NCBI RefSeq assembly: GCF_001194135.2 | Contig: NC_068994.1 | Coordinates: 5,564,555-5,628,554, forward strand | DNA length: 64,000 nucleotides | DNA from: Octopus bimaculoides | Taxonomy: Eukaryota | Reading direction: 5' to 3' | Shown here: piece after piece, positions 1-10,990 of the stretch | Position numbering within the stretch: position 1 is the stretch's first letter | How the letters are laid out: the number at the start of each line of letters is the position of its first letter | Made by a program: the position numbers and the translations under genes | Notes under the pieces: generated by a model | Told to the model about the DNA's origin: nothing | The model's database searches: none | Seen by the model: the letters and a program-made list of their open reading frames with translations, nothing else

Positions 1-150
1 TAGCAGTTCGGCAAAAGAGACCGATTGAATAAGTACTAGGCTTACAAAGAAAAAGTCCTGGGGGTCGATTTGCTCGACTAAAGGCAGTGCTCCAGCATGG
101 CCACAGTCAAATGACTGGAACTAGTAAAAGAGTAAAAGAGTAAAGAGTAA
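1..150 (+). mobile_element. SINE family A, 3' part
   Basis: gttcggcaaaagagaccga...ggggtcgatttgctcgactaaaggc...gtcaaatgactg...(aaaagagt)n; matches the full-length copy at 48812. Confidence 0.9.
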
Positions 151-609
151 ACCTGCTTAGAAGGAACTATAACAATCATAACAAGTACAACCACGATACT
201 ATTTTTAGCAAAGTTCACTTCTGTTCAAAATGAAACGAACGCTCATCAGCATGTGTGCACTTCAATATGCACACAATACAAGTATTTTAAAATCCGTTAT
301 CCGTAGATATAGAGATAACTAGTTTAGATACTAGGTGCAGATTATGAATGATGAATGTTTCCTGAAATCGCTGTGTTAATTTTATAACTACCCATGGTCA
401 AATGTTAATGTAGCAAAGAAGATGAGTTAGGGCAACAACGCTATTAACAAAGTAAGATTTACTATGACAACAAATTAAAAGAAGCTATGATTCTTAACAT
501 AGATGGAAGGTCGATAGTGAATTAGATTTTATATTTCATTCTTTGATATTTAATAATTGAATGAATGACATGTTTAATAACCTTTTAAATTAACTTTGCT
601 TTGTTTCAG

Positions 610-634
610 AACCAGCGTTATATTGCTTGTCAAG
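610..634 (+). CDS. Receptor-type PTP, D1 exon (NQRYIACQG), 25 nt; the gene continues upstream of the window
   Basis: Acceptor tttgctttgtttcag and donor gtattt. Encodes the YIAxQG PTP motif and ends in phase 1, joining in frame to G-P of the next exon. Confidence 0.85.
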
Positions 635-1063
635 GTATTTATTATTAATTATATTGATAAAGAAAAATAATTATATTGAAAGTTTTGTGTGAATCCTAAC
701 ATCTTCAGGGCTTTCAGTAAATGAAATTGTATTTTCCAGGTTTTATTATATATCGCTTTTCTGTGGTCGTTAGAGGGGTAAAGAAAAATAAATATTCCAT
801 AAATTTTCACTGAAAATCTATCCCTAAATTATTTTCAGATTATTTTCTTCTCAACAAAAGCACCAGCCCTATCAATGAGCTAATTATTACATGTCTTAAA
901 ACCCCCTCATTCATATAAGTAAATCTACTATAATAAACTTCGTTGTGTATACATTCATACATACATACATACACGTGTGCGTACATATATATATATGTGT
1001 ATGTATTTTTATGTATATGTGTGTGTGCGTGTGCGTGAGTGTATGTATATAAATAGTTAAATG

Positions 1064-1390
1064 TGTAGGTGTGTGGATGACGGTGTGGGTGCTGGGAAAT
1101 GGCCAGTACTTGTGTGTGCATGGTGGTGTAATGTGATGTGGTGTGGTGTGGTGTGGTGTGGTATCGAGGTGTGTGGGGTAGTGGTGTGCGGTATGGTGTT
1201 TGGTATGGCGTGGTGTGTGGTGTGGCGTGGTGTGGTGGTGTTGGGGTGTGGGGGAGGCGATAGTGGGGAAAGCAAGGATGGGGTGTAGGTTAGGATGAGA
1301 GTGGGGCTAGAGGTGAGGTATGTGGTAGTGGGTGTAATGGATGGGATGTATAGGGAAGGTGGGGTTGGATTGTGTAGGGGTGGGGTTACG
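1064..1390 (+). repeat. G-rich degenerate (GTG/GTGGT)n tract
   Basis: Nearly C-free on the + strand, with many GGG and GGGG runs. Confidence 0.85.
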
Positions 1391-1482
1391 AATGCGTGGT
1401 GTGTTCAGGACTTAACTTTCTCCTTACTTTTTCTCGAATGCCGACTCCTATCAATCTCTGTTCTACCTCAACCTGCAAAAAC

Positions 1483-1791
1483 AAGTCGTCAGAATTTTGG
1501 AAAAATATCCTTTTATTTCTTCATTATAATTAGCGTTTTCGTTCCTTTCTAGAACTTGTCAAATTTCTGTCTATCCATCTTCATTGTCATGGAACCTCAT
1601 CCACAAGAAACAAAAACAAAGTTCCCTTCCAAACACCACCACCCCCACCGCAAAAAAAATCTATCTGTTTTATATAAATGAACAAGCTGTTTGTGCATTC
1701 ACAAAATTTTATTCGACAAGTTCTAGAAGGGAACGAAAGCGTTAATAATAATGAAGAAATAAAAGGATTCTTTCCAAAATTCTGACGACTT
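1483..1791. repeat. Long inverted repeat (78-bp and 77-bp arms, 154-bp spacer), MITE or foldback-like
   Basis: 1483-1560 versus the reverse complement of 1715-1791 differ by about 5 substitutions and 1 indel. Confidence 0.92.
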
Positions 1792-1884
1792 TTCTCTCTC
1801 GATATTCAATTTCTGTACATCACACCTAACTCTCTATACATACATACATATATATATATATGAATGATGAGTCTGTGTGTGTGT

Positions 1885-1955
<71 letters not shown>
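1885..1955. repeat. (AAAG)n microsatellite
   Basis: Direct inspection. Confidence 0.97.
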
Positions 1956-1956
<1 letters not shown>

Positions 1957-2347
1957 GAGAAGCGTTTATTCTTTTTTCTATTGTGCAGGTGGATGTAGAA
2001 CAGAGAATGATGGGAGTCGGAACTCGAGAAAGAGTAACGAGAAAGTAAGTGATGAAAGGAAGAGGAATAAAGAGGCAAGTGACGGGAGGGAGGAGAACAT
2101 CTCACTCACCCTCCTTACACTCACATACACATTAACACATGCATACATACTCGGTCATATACACGCGTCTACTCACAAACATGAGCACAGGCACAAAGCG
2201 AACGCTGAAAGTTCAGAAGTAAATTGAAATTTCATGCCAAAAATATTAAAAATTTTTCATTGAATTGTTCTTTTTTATCGCCCACTGAAAGAATGTGCGT
2301 ATATTATATATCCTACATTTCCTTTCGATATGTAATTATCGAACTCT

Positions 2348-2650
2348 ACTATAACCTCCGGCCGACCAAAGCCTTGTGAGTGGATTTGACAGACAGAAAC
2401 TGAAAGAAGCTCGTCAAATCTATATGTGTAGGGAGTACATTCGTGAGTCTGTGATTTCCCCCACCACCACCACCACAGCACTACTGGTGTTGGTGTGTTT
2501 ATGTCCACCTAAGTTAGTGGTTCGGCAAAAGTGACCGATAGAATAAATACCAGGGTCACAAAGAATAAGTCCTGGGGACGATTTATTCGACTAAAGGCAA
2601 TGCTCCAGCATGGCCGCACTCAAATGACTGAAACAGGTATAAGAGTAAAA
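2348..2650 (+). mobile_element. SINE family A, 5'-truncated, diverged
   Basis: Collinear with the 48812 copy from tataacctcggccgacc to gactgaaacaggtataagagt. Confidence 0.88.
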
Positions 2651-2826
2651 AAAACAGAACTTCACTCTAATTTTCAGTGACAATTACTTCTAATGTTTGG
2701 GCATTTGAGAAGCAATTCCCGTAGATGACCACAGGTCAATTTAAATGGGAATAGAGTGTAGGCAGAAATTTTAGGTTCTTTTAAATTTTTCTTAGTGGTT
2801 TTCATTTTGCTCTTTTATTTGAACAG

Positions 2827-2924
2827 GTCCTACACAAAATACGGTGCTGGATTTCTGGAGGATGGTTTGGCAATTAAAATGTAACACTATAGTCATGCTA
2901 ACTGACATTATGGAGAATGGAAAG
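2827..2924 (+). CDS. Receptor-type PTP, D1 exon ([33 protein letters not shown])
   Basis: cag/gt boundaries; DFWRMVW and IVMLT motifs; 98 nt, phase 1 to 0. Confidence 0.97.
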
Positions 2925-3009
2925 GTATGGTGTTTCTTCAGAACTTCATAACGCAAAACATTCTTTATGAAAATTTCGCTATATATATATGTAAATGTGT
3001 ATGCATGCA

Positions 3010-3430
3010 TATATGTATGTATGCATTTATGTATGTATGTATGTATGTATGTATGTATGTATGTATGTATGTATGTATGTCATCATTTAGTTTTATTTTA
3101 AGATTTCTTGCCAACAGAGAAAGAGCTGATTTCTAGGCTAGATCCAAACTCTTTCATTGGAATTAAAACAAAACAACATCAACAGGGTATTTCTGTATGT
3201 ATGTATGTATGTATGTATGTATGTATGTATGTATGTATGTATGCATGCATGCATTCATGTATGTATGTATACGTGTAGAATTTATTTTTTGTTTTATGTA
3301 TGTATTCTCATGCATATAGTTGCATATCTAGAAATGGTCTGATATGCTTTAACGAAAAAATTCTGGAAAGTTTTACAGATTTTTACAGTTCCACTGATGG
3401 CTTGGATCTGTAATCTTTGACTGTGTATGC
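3010..3430 (-). mobile_element. 3' end of the same RLE family as 46491-47600, in a PTP intron
   Basis: tttatttta agatttcttgccaa-ag-gaaagagc-g-tttcta and gttt-acagattttt-gttcca-tgatgg are collinear with 46525-46800. Confidence 0.8.
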
Positions 3431-3810
3431 ATGCGTATATTCATGCATGCATAGACGCATCCAAGCCATTAGAGTAGAAATACATATTTCCCTATACATA
3501 GAATTATCGGAATGTTCATTACGACAGATCTTAACGGGATTGATTTGTCTATAAAATTTGAAAGCCTTACGGTTATACTGCGAAACTAGTATTGGATTCT
3601 TATCCAAAAGGGTATGTCAGACCATAGAATTTCAAGCTTTCTCATGGCGCAATAGTTATTTCAAATTTTCATTCTTCAACTGATAGTTACTTTATCGATC
3701 CCAAAATTATGAAAGGCAAGGTCTCAACTTCAGCGAAATTTGAACTCAGAATGCGAAGATGGGCGAAATACCGCTAACGCCTTTGAACACCTTTTTTTTT
3801 TTTTTGGCAG

Positions 3811-3933
3811 ATAAAGTGTGTGCAGTATTGGCCAGATGAAGAGAATACTGAGTCATTTGGTACCATCCAAGTTACGCATATCAGCACTGGATTTCATGCA
3901 ACTTATATACACCGCAGATTTATTATTTCAAAG
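3811..3933 (+). CDS. Receptor-type PTP, D1 exon (IKCVQYWPDEENTESFGTIQVTHISTGFHATYIHRRFIISK)
   Basis: Poly-T+cag acceptor and gtaagt donor; KCxQYWP motif; 123 nt in frame. Confidence 0.97.
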
Positions 3934-4704
3934 GTAAGTCATTCCATAATATCTCATGTTTTATAAGAATGATGTTGCTTAAAAGGACTAAAATAGTAGC
4001 AGTTTGAAATCAACGTTCATTGAAATACTTCCAAATTTTATTTGAGAAGCATTAACAAGAATGGTGAAATTCTGAAAGACCATTGAAAAAGTGTAGCCTC
4101 ATATAAAATTTAATTGATAAAATAAACAGAGAAAGTAGAAGAAATATTTTTCCCTTTCTACTTTTACTGGTTTCTGACAATAAATGCATCTCCACTCTAC
4201 ACTTGATTTATTTATATAACATGCATTCACACTTCATCCGGTGCAGTCTATATCGTTTTATACATATTAACGAAGAATATAAGTAATTATTTCAGTCTGG
4301 TACTTACTTTACCGCCTACTATTTATTGTGCCAGCAAGTTGCAGGATGCAAACGGACATAACATTCATAGACATGTACACGCGGATAGATAAATGTGTTT
4401 GCATACGGTAGAGTCTCATACATGTAACATACTGAGTGGAAAACTCCCATTGAATTAAATAATGCAAACAATTAAAAGATACAATTCTGCGTGCGTTTAA
4501 AATATAAACACACAAGAAGCGACGATAACTAATTTTGGGATTTTGAAGACAATTTTCTCTCTGAAATACAGCTACACGTTTGAGAGAGTATATATACATA
4601 CATACATACATACATACATACATGCATGCATGCATACATACATGCATACATACATACATACATACGTACGTACGTACATACATACACACACATATCTTTC
4701 TCTT

Positions 4705-4915
4705 TCTTTTCTCTTTTACTTGTTTCAGTCATTTTGACTGTGGCCATGTTGGAGCACCGCCTTTAGTCGAGCAAATCGACCCCAGGACTTGTAAGCCTAG
4801 TACTTATTCTATCGGTCTCTTTTGCTGAACCGCTAAGTAACGGGGACGTAAGCACACCAGCATCGGTTGTCAAGCGATGTTGGGGGAGGGGGGGACAGAC
4901 ACATACACACAAACA
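4705..4915 (-). mobile_element. SINE family A, 3' half, reverse orientation
   Basis: Reverse complement of the family A body; runs into (AT)n and an N gap at the internal microsatellite linker. Confidence 0.9.
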
Positions 4916-4942
4916 TATACACACACACATATATACATATAC

Positions 4943-4977
<35 letters not shown>

Positions 4978-5451
4978 CNNNNNNNNNNNNNNNNNNNNNN
5001 NNNNNNNNNNNNNNNNNNNNNNNNNNNNNNNNNNNNNNNNNNNNNNNNNNNNNNNNNNNNNNNNNNNNNNNNNNNNNNNNNNNNNNNNNNNNNNNNNNNN
5101 NNNNNNNNNNNNNNNNNNNNNNNNNNNNNNNNNNNNNNNNNNNNNNNNNNNNNNNNNNNNNNNNNNNNNNNNNNNNNNNNNNNNNNNNNNNNNNNNNNNN
5201 NNNNNNNNNNNNNNNNNNNNNNNNNNNNNNNNNNNNNNNNNNNNNNNNNNNNNNNNNNNNNNNNNNNNNNNNNNNNNNNNNNNNNNNNNNNNNNNNNNNN
5301 NNNNNNNNNNNNNNNNNNATATATATATATATGGTATCAAGATTAATATTATAATAATATATTACGATAGTGTTTTATTACATTGTTTAATAGTGTTTCA
5401 GTATAATTCTACAACTCTTTTATTCCAAACATTTTAACGTTTTATTTACAG

Positions 5452-5609
5452 ACGGGTGCTCAACAGAATGAAAGTTGGACAATCGATCATTTCTTCTTTA
5501 ATAAATGGCCAGATCATGGCATTCCACAACACACAGAATATATCTTAGAATTCAGAAATGCTTTAAGGTTCAGAGAAGGAACAACATCATCATTGATTGT
5601 ACATTGCAG
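5452..5609 (+). CDS. Receptor-type PTP, D1 exon with WPD loop (...KWPDHGIP...LIVHCS)
   Basis: tttacag acceptor and gtttgt donor; WPDHG and VHC; 158 nt ending in phase 2. Confidence 0.97.
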
Positions 5610-6740
5610 GTTTGTAATTATAACCCGCATAATTTATACTTTATATAATTATATATGTGCATTTTTATATTTCTAATAAGCATAATATATCCTCAATACA
5701 ATGATGTCTTGTTTCCATTTTTATTATTTCTGAAAGAGGATCGAGAGTGGCAGAAATGAAGTAGAATGCTACAGACCATAGTTAAGCTCTGCGAATAAGG
5801 AGTCCAACGTAGGTCATATATCAGCATGTATATATATAATTTTTTTTTTTTCAGAATGAGATAAAAATGATATAAAAAATATCCCGGAAAAAGCTGTAAG
5901 ACCTTCTATTTATAAATGTTCTAATATCTTTCACAGCCTTGGATTTTTAACTTATTNNNNNNNNNNNNNNNNNNNNNNNNNNNNNNNNNNNNNNNNNNNN
6001 NNNNNNNNNNNNNNNNNNNNNNNNNNNNNNNNNNNNNNNNNNNNNNNNNNNNNNNNNNNNNNNNNNNNNNNNNNNNNNNNNNNNNNNNNNNNNNNNNNNN
6101 NNNNNNNNNNNNNNNNNNNNNNNNNNNNNNNNNNNNNNNNNNNNNNNNNNNNNNNNNNNNNNNNNNNNNNNNNNNNNNNNNNNNNNNNNNNNNNNNNNNN
6201 NNNNNNNNNNNNNNNNNNNNNNNNNNNNNNNNNNNNNNNNNNNNNNNNNNNNNNNNNNNNNNNNNNNNNNNNNNNNNNNNNNNNNNNNNNNNNNNNNNNN
6301 NNNNNNNNNNNNNNNNNNNNNNNNNNNNNNNNNNNNNNNNNNNNNNNNNNNNNNNNNNNNNNNNNNNNNNNNNNNNNNNNNNNNNNNNNNNNNNNNNNNN
6401 NNNNNNNNNNNNNNNNNNNNNNNNNNNNNNNNNNNNNNNNNNNNNNNNNNNNNNNNNNNNNNNNNNNNNNAGTATTGACATGGTTTAAGAAAAAGGAAAA
6501 ATCTCAAAATAGAAGAATGACTGAGAAAAATATCCAAAGTTTACCTATTAGGTTCTTAGTAATGTAGGTGTATATATGATGTCAAGAAATTTTAACCAAT
6601 ATTGTCTGACGTTAACACAACATGTCGTCCCAATTTTGATTATTTCCATCCTTAAAGAATAATTTTAGTTAAAATTGTTTGCCGGGAAGTGTGTTAAAAT
6701 CAAATTTAGATCCGATTACCAATATTACGGAATTCTATTA

Positions 6741-6955
6741 GGCGGTGAGCTAGCAGGATCGTTAGTATGGCGGGCAAAATGCTTTGTGACATTTAGTCAA
6801 TTTTTATGTTCTGAGTTCAAATTCCGCCGGTGTTGACTTTACCTTTTTATACTTTCGGGGTAGATGAAATAAGTACCAGTTGAACACTGGGTTCAATGTA
6901 ATCGATTTATCCCTCACTCGAAAGTGTTGGCCTTGTGCCATAATTAGAAACCAAG
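6741..6955 (+). mobile_element. SINE family B (tRNA-derived), PTP intron
   Basis: ggcggtgagctagcaggatcgttag...ttctgagttcaaattccgcc...gatgaaataagtaccag...ctgggttcaatgtaatcgat. Confidence 0.9.
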
Positions 6956-7099
6956 TATTATTCAACTCATATTTTTCTACTCCTGAATAAAAACAGTAAA
7001 TGATTTGATCTCTAAGTCTAATCTGAGTATTTATTTTCTTATTCTTTAAATTATTGGAAGCGATCGCATACATTTTATTACACTTGACTCGTCTTTCAG

Positions 7100-7235
7100 T
7101 GCTGGTGTTGGCCGTACCGGAACTTACATTTGCATTGACATTCTTCTAAATGAGATGTTGACTGGTGAATCTGTTGATGTATTGGCAAGTGTCACGAAGC
7201 TTCGGGAGGAGAGGGTGCATATGGTCCAGAAAAGG
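7100..7235 (+). CDS. Receptor-type PTP, D1 catalytic P-loop exon (SAGVGRTGTYICIDILL...MVQKR)
   Basis: tttcag acceptor and gtgagt donor; completes HCSAGVGRTG; 136 nt. Confidence 0.98.
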
Positions 7236-7571
7236 GTGAGTTAATGACAACGTTAATAAGAAAAAATACTTAGTCTAATAGCTCGTAAATCTACACCACC
7301 GTTTCCTACATTCTCATTCAAATCTCAGGCTGTTTTTCTCAACATGTAAATATGATTCATAATAGTTCAAACTAACCCATAATTGTATTAATCTCACGCA
7401 TTCTTCAATTTCATTCTTCAATTTCTAAAAGGTTATTCATGAAACGAAGGTTTCTTTCATTTTCTTTACCAAACTAATGACTACGAAACACAATGTCTTT
7501 TATTCCAAAATTTATTGTTTGCTTAAACACTGTGTCTATGTGATTTTAAACTGATTCATCTTTGTTTTCAG

Positions 7572-7721
7572 ATACAACTGGAGTTTATATATGATGTTTT
7601 AGTCGAGAACATTCTCACCGGAGATTATGATATAAATGTGAATAATATATCAAAGGAATTCTCTAGAATAAAGGAAACAGATCATTCAACAAGAGTATCA
7701 ATTTTAGAGCATCAGTTTCAG
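7572..7721 (+). CDS. Receptor-type PTP, end of D1 and start of linker (IQLEFIYDVLVENILTGDY...LEHQFQ)
   Basis: ttttcag acceptor and gtaagc donor; 150 nt; resembles the QYxFIYxAL...GxT...LExEF segment of RPTPs. Confidence 0.95.
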
Positions 7722-7736
7722 GTAAGCCAGAAAGGA

Positions 7737-8216
7737 NNNNNNNNNNNNNNNNNNNNNNNNNNNNNNNNNNNNNNNNNNNNNNNNNNNNNNNNNNNNNNNN
7801 NNNNNNNNNNNNNNNNNNNNNNNNNNNNNNNNNNNNNNNNNNNNNNNNNNNNNNNNNNNNNNNNNNNNNNNNNNNNNNNNNNNNNNNNNNNNNNNNNNNN
7901 NNNNNNNNNNNNNNNNNNNNNNNNNNNNNNNNNNNNNNNNNNNNNNNNNNNNNNNNNNNNNNNNNNNNNNNNNNNNNNNNNNNNNNNNNNNNNNNNNNNN
8001 NNNNNNNNNNNNNNNNNNNNNNNNNNNNNNNNNNNNNNNNNNNNNNNNNNNNNNNNNNNNNNNNNNNNNNNNNNNNNNNNNNNNNNNNNNNNNNNNNNNN
8101 NNNNNNNNNNNNNNNNNNNNNNNNNNNNNNNNNNNNNNNNNNNNNNNNNNNNNNNNNNNNNNNNNNNNNNNNNNNNNNNNNNNNNNNNNNNNNNNNNNNN
8201 NNNNNNNNNNNNNNNN
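7737..8216. other. Assembly gap (480 N) where a PTP linker exon is probably hidden; about 16 further N gaps in the window
   Basis: Exon phase mismatch: the exon ending at 7721 is phase 0 and the one starting at 9924 is phase 1. Confidence 0.6.
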
Positions 8217-8961
8217 AGTAAAAAAGTACATATAACTAAATTATTTGATATTGGAGCATGAAATCTAAGTTTCACTACACTCAAATCCTTCAATTATTTT
8301 AATTAACTAACATAGATTTTCAAAAGTGATTTTTCCATTTCAATACACAACTGTTTAAATTAAATTCCACTTCTAATCCATGCATCGTCCATATCACTGC
8401 ATGTCATATTTCAAGTAATGTACCCCTAATCGCATGTCATTTTTGTATGGAATGCACGTATGAATGAATGTTTCGCGAAGGAAAATAAGAATTGAAGAAC
8501 TTCAGGCAGATACCTTTGCAAGTACTTCATATGATGAATCTGGCTAAGGGAATGAGCTTTGAAGAGTATAGTAATCCGTGTGGGTTAGTTTTATCTTGTG
8601 ACACATACAAACTGTTAATCCGAAGTCATTCACCAGGCGGATAATTTCCCTTCGTGTTTGTTTACTCAAACTTAAAGTCTCACACACATACACAAGCCCA
8701 CACATACACATACATACATATTATATTATCATTATTGCTTGAGAGAGCAGCACATGCCACATAACACTTATTAATACTCATTAATACTTGGATTATATAA
8801 ATTTTTCAATACACGTGGAAATGCGTCTCCCAAGAGTCCTGATGGGTTTCAATTCTTAATAACTTCCTTAACTTCACAAATAAATGCATCAAGTTTTGAT
8901 ATAATATAAAAGATATAATGGAAATTATTATGCACGCGTCAAATTTTACAACGCTACTACA

Positions 8962-9260
8962 TCACATATGAAAAATGATATCACTTAAGCCGCAGTCGTC
9001 CTCGGTTTCACACGCCCTTGTTCTTTCCAAAACTTGCACCATAACACCCTCAAAAGTTTCAAACTCAACTTCTCTGATTTCTCTATTGATGTTCTCCATC
9101 AATTGCACCAGGGTCTCCGGTTTGTTGATGTAAACCTTCTCTTTCAGTTATCCCCACAAGAAAAAATCCGGGCTAGTGGATTCTGGGGAACGTGAAGGCT
9201 AGTTGACATTGCCGTAGCGGGGGATTTTATTTCTTGATAGATCGGTCAACCATAACATCT
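8962..9260 (-). mobile_element. Tc1/mariner-superfamily transposase C-terminal fossil
   Basis: The minus strand reads IPRYGNVN*PSRSPESTSPDFFLWG*LKEKVYINKPETL...LSDIIFHM*, matching WPxRSPDLxPxDFFLWGYLKxKVY...DIIF with two in-frame stops. Confidence 0.85.
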
Positions 9261-9397
9261 TTAATTTCGAAATATAACAACTTTTTAATATCCAAGTAAT
9301 TTCTTTCCTCAAACTAAAATAATTCCTACACTTTCTACTTACAGATCTCAACTTCAGCTTTTATCATTTTGTTAAAACAAATACGCTTAGTGTTATA

Positions 9398-9608
9398 TTC
9401 TTTTCTACTCTAGGCACAAGACCCGAAATCTTTGGGGAAGGGGGATAGTCGATTAGATCGACCCCAATATGCAACTGGTACTTAATTTATGGACTCCGAA
9501 AGGATGACAGGCAAAGTCGACCTCTGCAGAATTTGAACTCGCGTAGACAGACGAAATACCGCTAAGCATTTCGCTCAGCGTGCTAACGTTTCTGCCAGCT
9601 CGCCGCCT
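9398..9608 (-). mobile_element. SINE family B, near full-length, reverse orientation, PTP intron
   Basis: Reverse complement matches the 20015-20221 copy throughout. Confidence 0.92.
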
Positions 9609-9923
9609 TACGTTTAGCATTCGTATGAACAAGATGAAATAAATATTTTCCATATTTCTGATTAAATATTTCATAATTATACATATTGGGTGTTACTTTC
9701 AAATGACTTAGTGTCAAAGCTTAATATAGCGAGAATATACTTTATAACTGAAGTTTAGCAGGTTAAACGGTCAGCATGCTTATCTCTTTTCAGTTTCAAA
9801 CTGGTTCTTTTAATGTGTAATTAACTCTAAAAATGTATTTTATGGAATTCATTAATTTAGCTATTTATTATCATGCTCTCTGAGTTAATTTTCTAGAAAA
9901 TAACTGGGGTTTTTCTTTTTCAG

Positions 9924-9973
9924 AAATCGAAGGAGAGTATGCGAATTTCAATATCAGCGGAGTCTTCATTGAT
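9924..9973 (+). CDS. Receptor-type PTP, D2 exon (xIEGEYANFNISGVFID)
   Basis: Strong pyrimidine tract+cag and gtaagt donor; NISGVFID corresponds to the INASFID motif. Starts in phase 1, so an upstream exon is missing. Confidence 0.75.
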
Positions 9974-10245
9974 GTAAGTAAATTACTTTCGTACTTTTTA
10001 TTATTTTACTTTAAAACTTCTGGGTTTAGATTGGCATTTTTATATCTGATGTAGTCGCTAGCAGCTAATGAGACTTTGACAGGCCTCACACGTTGGAATG
10101 ACACGGACATTACAGCTAGAGTGAGAGATCTGTGCCTAGTAGTCATTTTCAAATGGAGTAAAATGGAGCAGCAAGTGCCTTACACAAGGACTCAATAAGA
10201 ACTCACAGCATTAAGCAGAAAACCTAATCACTCAGTCATGTGCCT

Positions 10246-10360
<115 letters not shown>

Positions 10361-10715
10361 TGTGCACATAGACGCAGATATACACATATTTATTCCTATT
10401 ACTATCATAATATCCCTCTAACGCAATCAACTTTCCAATGTTATAATCTTTGACTACGGCAATTTAGAATGTAGTGATTTAAAGATAGAGATAAATTTCG
10501 GCTGGTCTCGATGGATTCCGATGATTTGAACATGTAGCAACACCATCTTGCGCAAGACCTTCTCATGCTACTCTCGTTCTGCATGTTGCAGACAGTGCGA
10601 TATGTATGTTTAATTAATCTATAGACCCTTACTGCAGACGTGGTTCCCTACTCATGGGAAATACTATAAACTACGGGTTCCTTTTAATACATTCTTGTTC
10701 TTCGTTTGTATATAC

Positions 10716-10795
10716 ACTGCCCACGGACATATGGCGTAGTGGTTAAGAGCGCGGGCTACTGACCCCAAGATTCCGAGTTCGATTTCAGGCAGTGA

Positions 10796-10840
<45 letters not shown>

Positions 10841-10990
10841 CAGCAACATCGAAAAATACCTTAGGAATGAGAACCCAGGTTCAAAATTTCCCCAAGAAAC
10901 CTAATAAGCCGAAACGTTGTGTTAACAACAAACAAGATGAGAACAAATATCTGTCAAATGTAAATAATGTAAATAATGTACATAATTCCT
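10716..10990 (+). mobile_element. SINE family D: tRNA head, (AAT)n, decayed hammerhead motif and tail
   Basis: A-box TGGCGTAGTGG, B-box GAGTTCGATT, AAAC-CTAATAA-GCC-GAAACGTT-GTGTT at 10897-10925, tail atatctgtcaaatgtaaataatgtaaata. A second, deleted copy lies at 54581-54660. Confidence 0.8.

Noticed and set aside
431-451. Possible 21-nt exon (GNNAINK) with a gtaaga donor upstream of the YIACQG exon
   Set aside because: No pyrimidine tract before the AG, and the peptide does not match the expected GY motif or spacing.
8490-8545. Open frame IEELQADTFASTSYDESG as a candidate for the missing PTP linker exon
   Set aside because: Purine-rich acceptor context, no convincing donor, and no PTP similarity.
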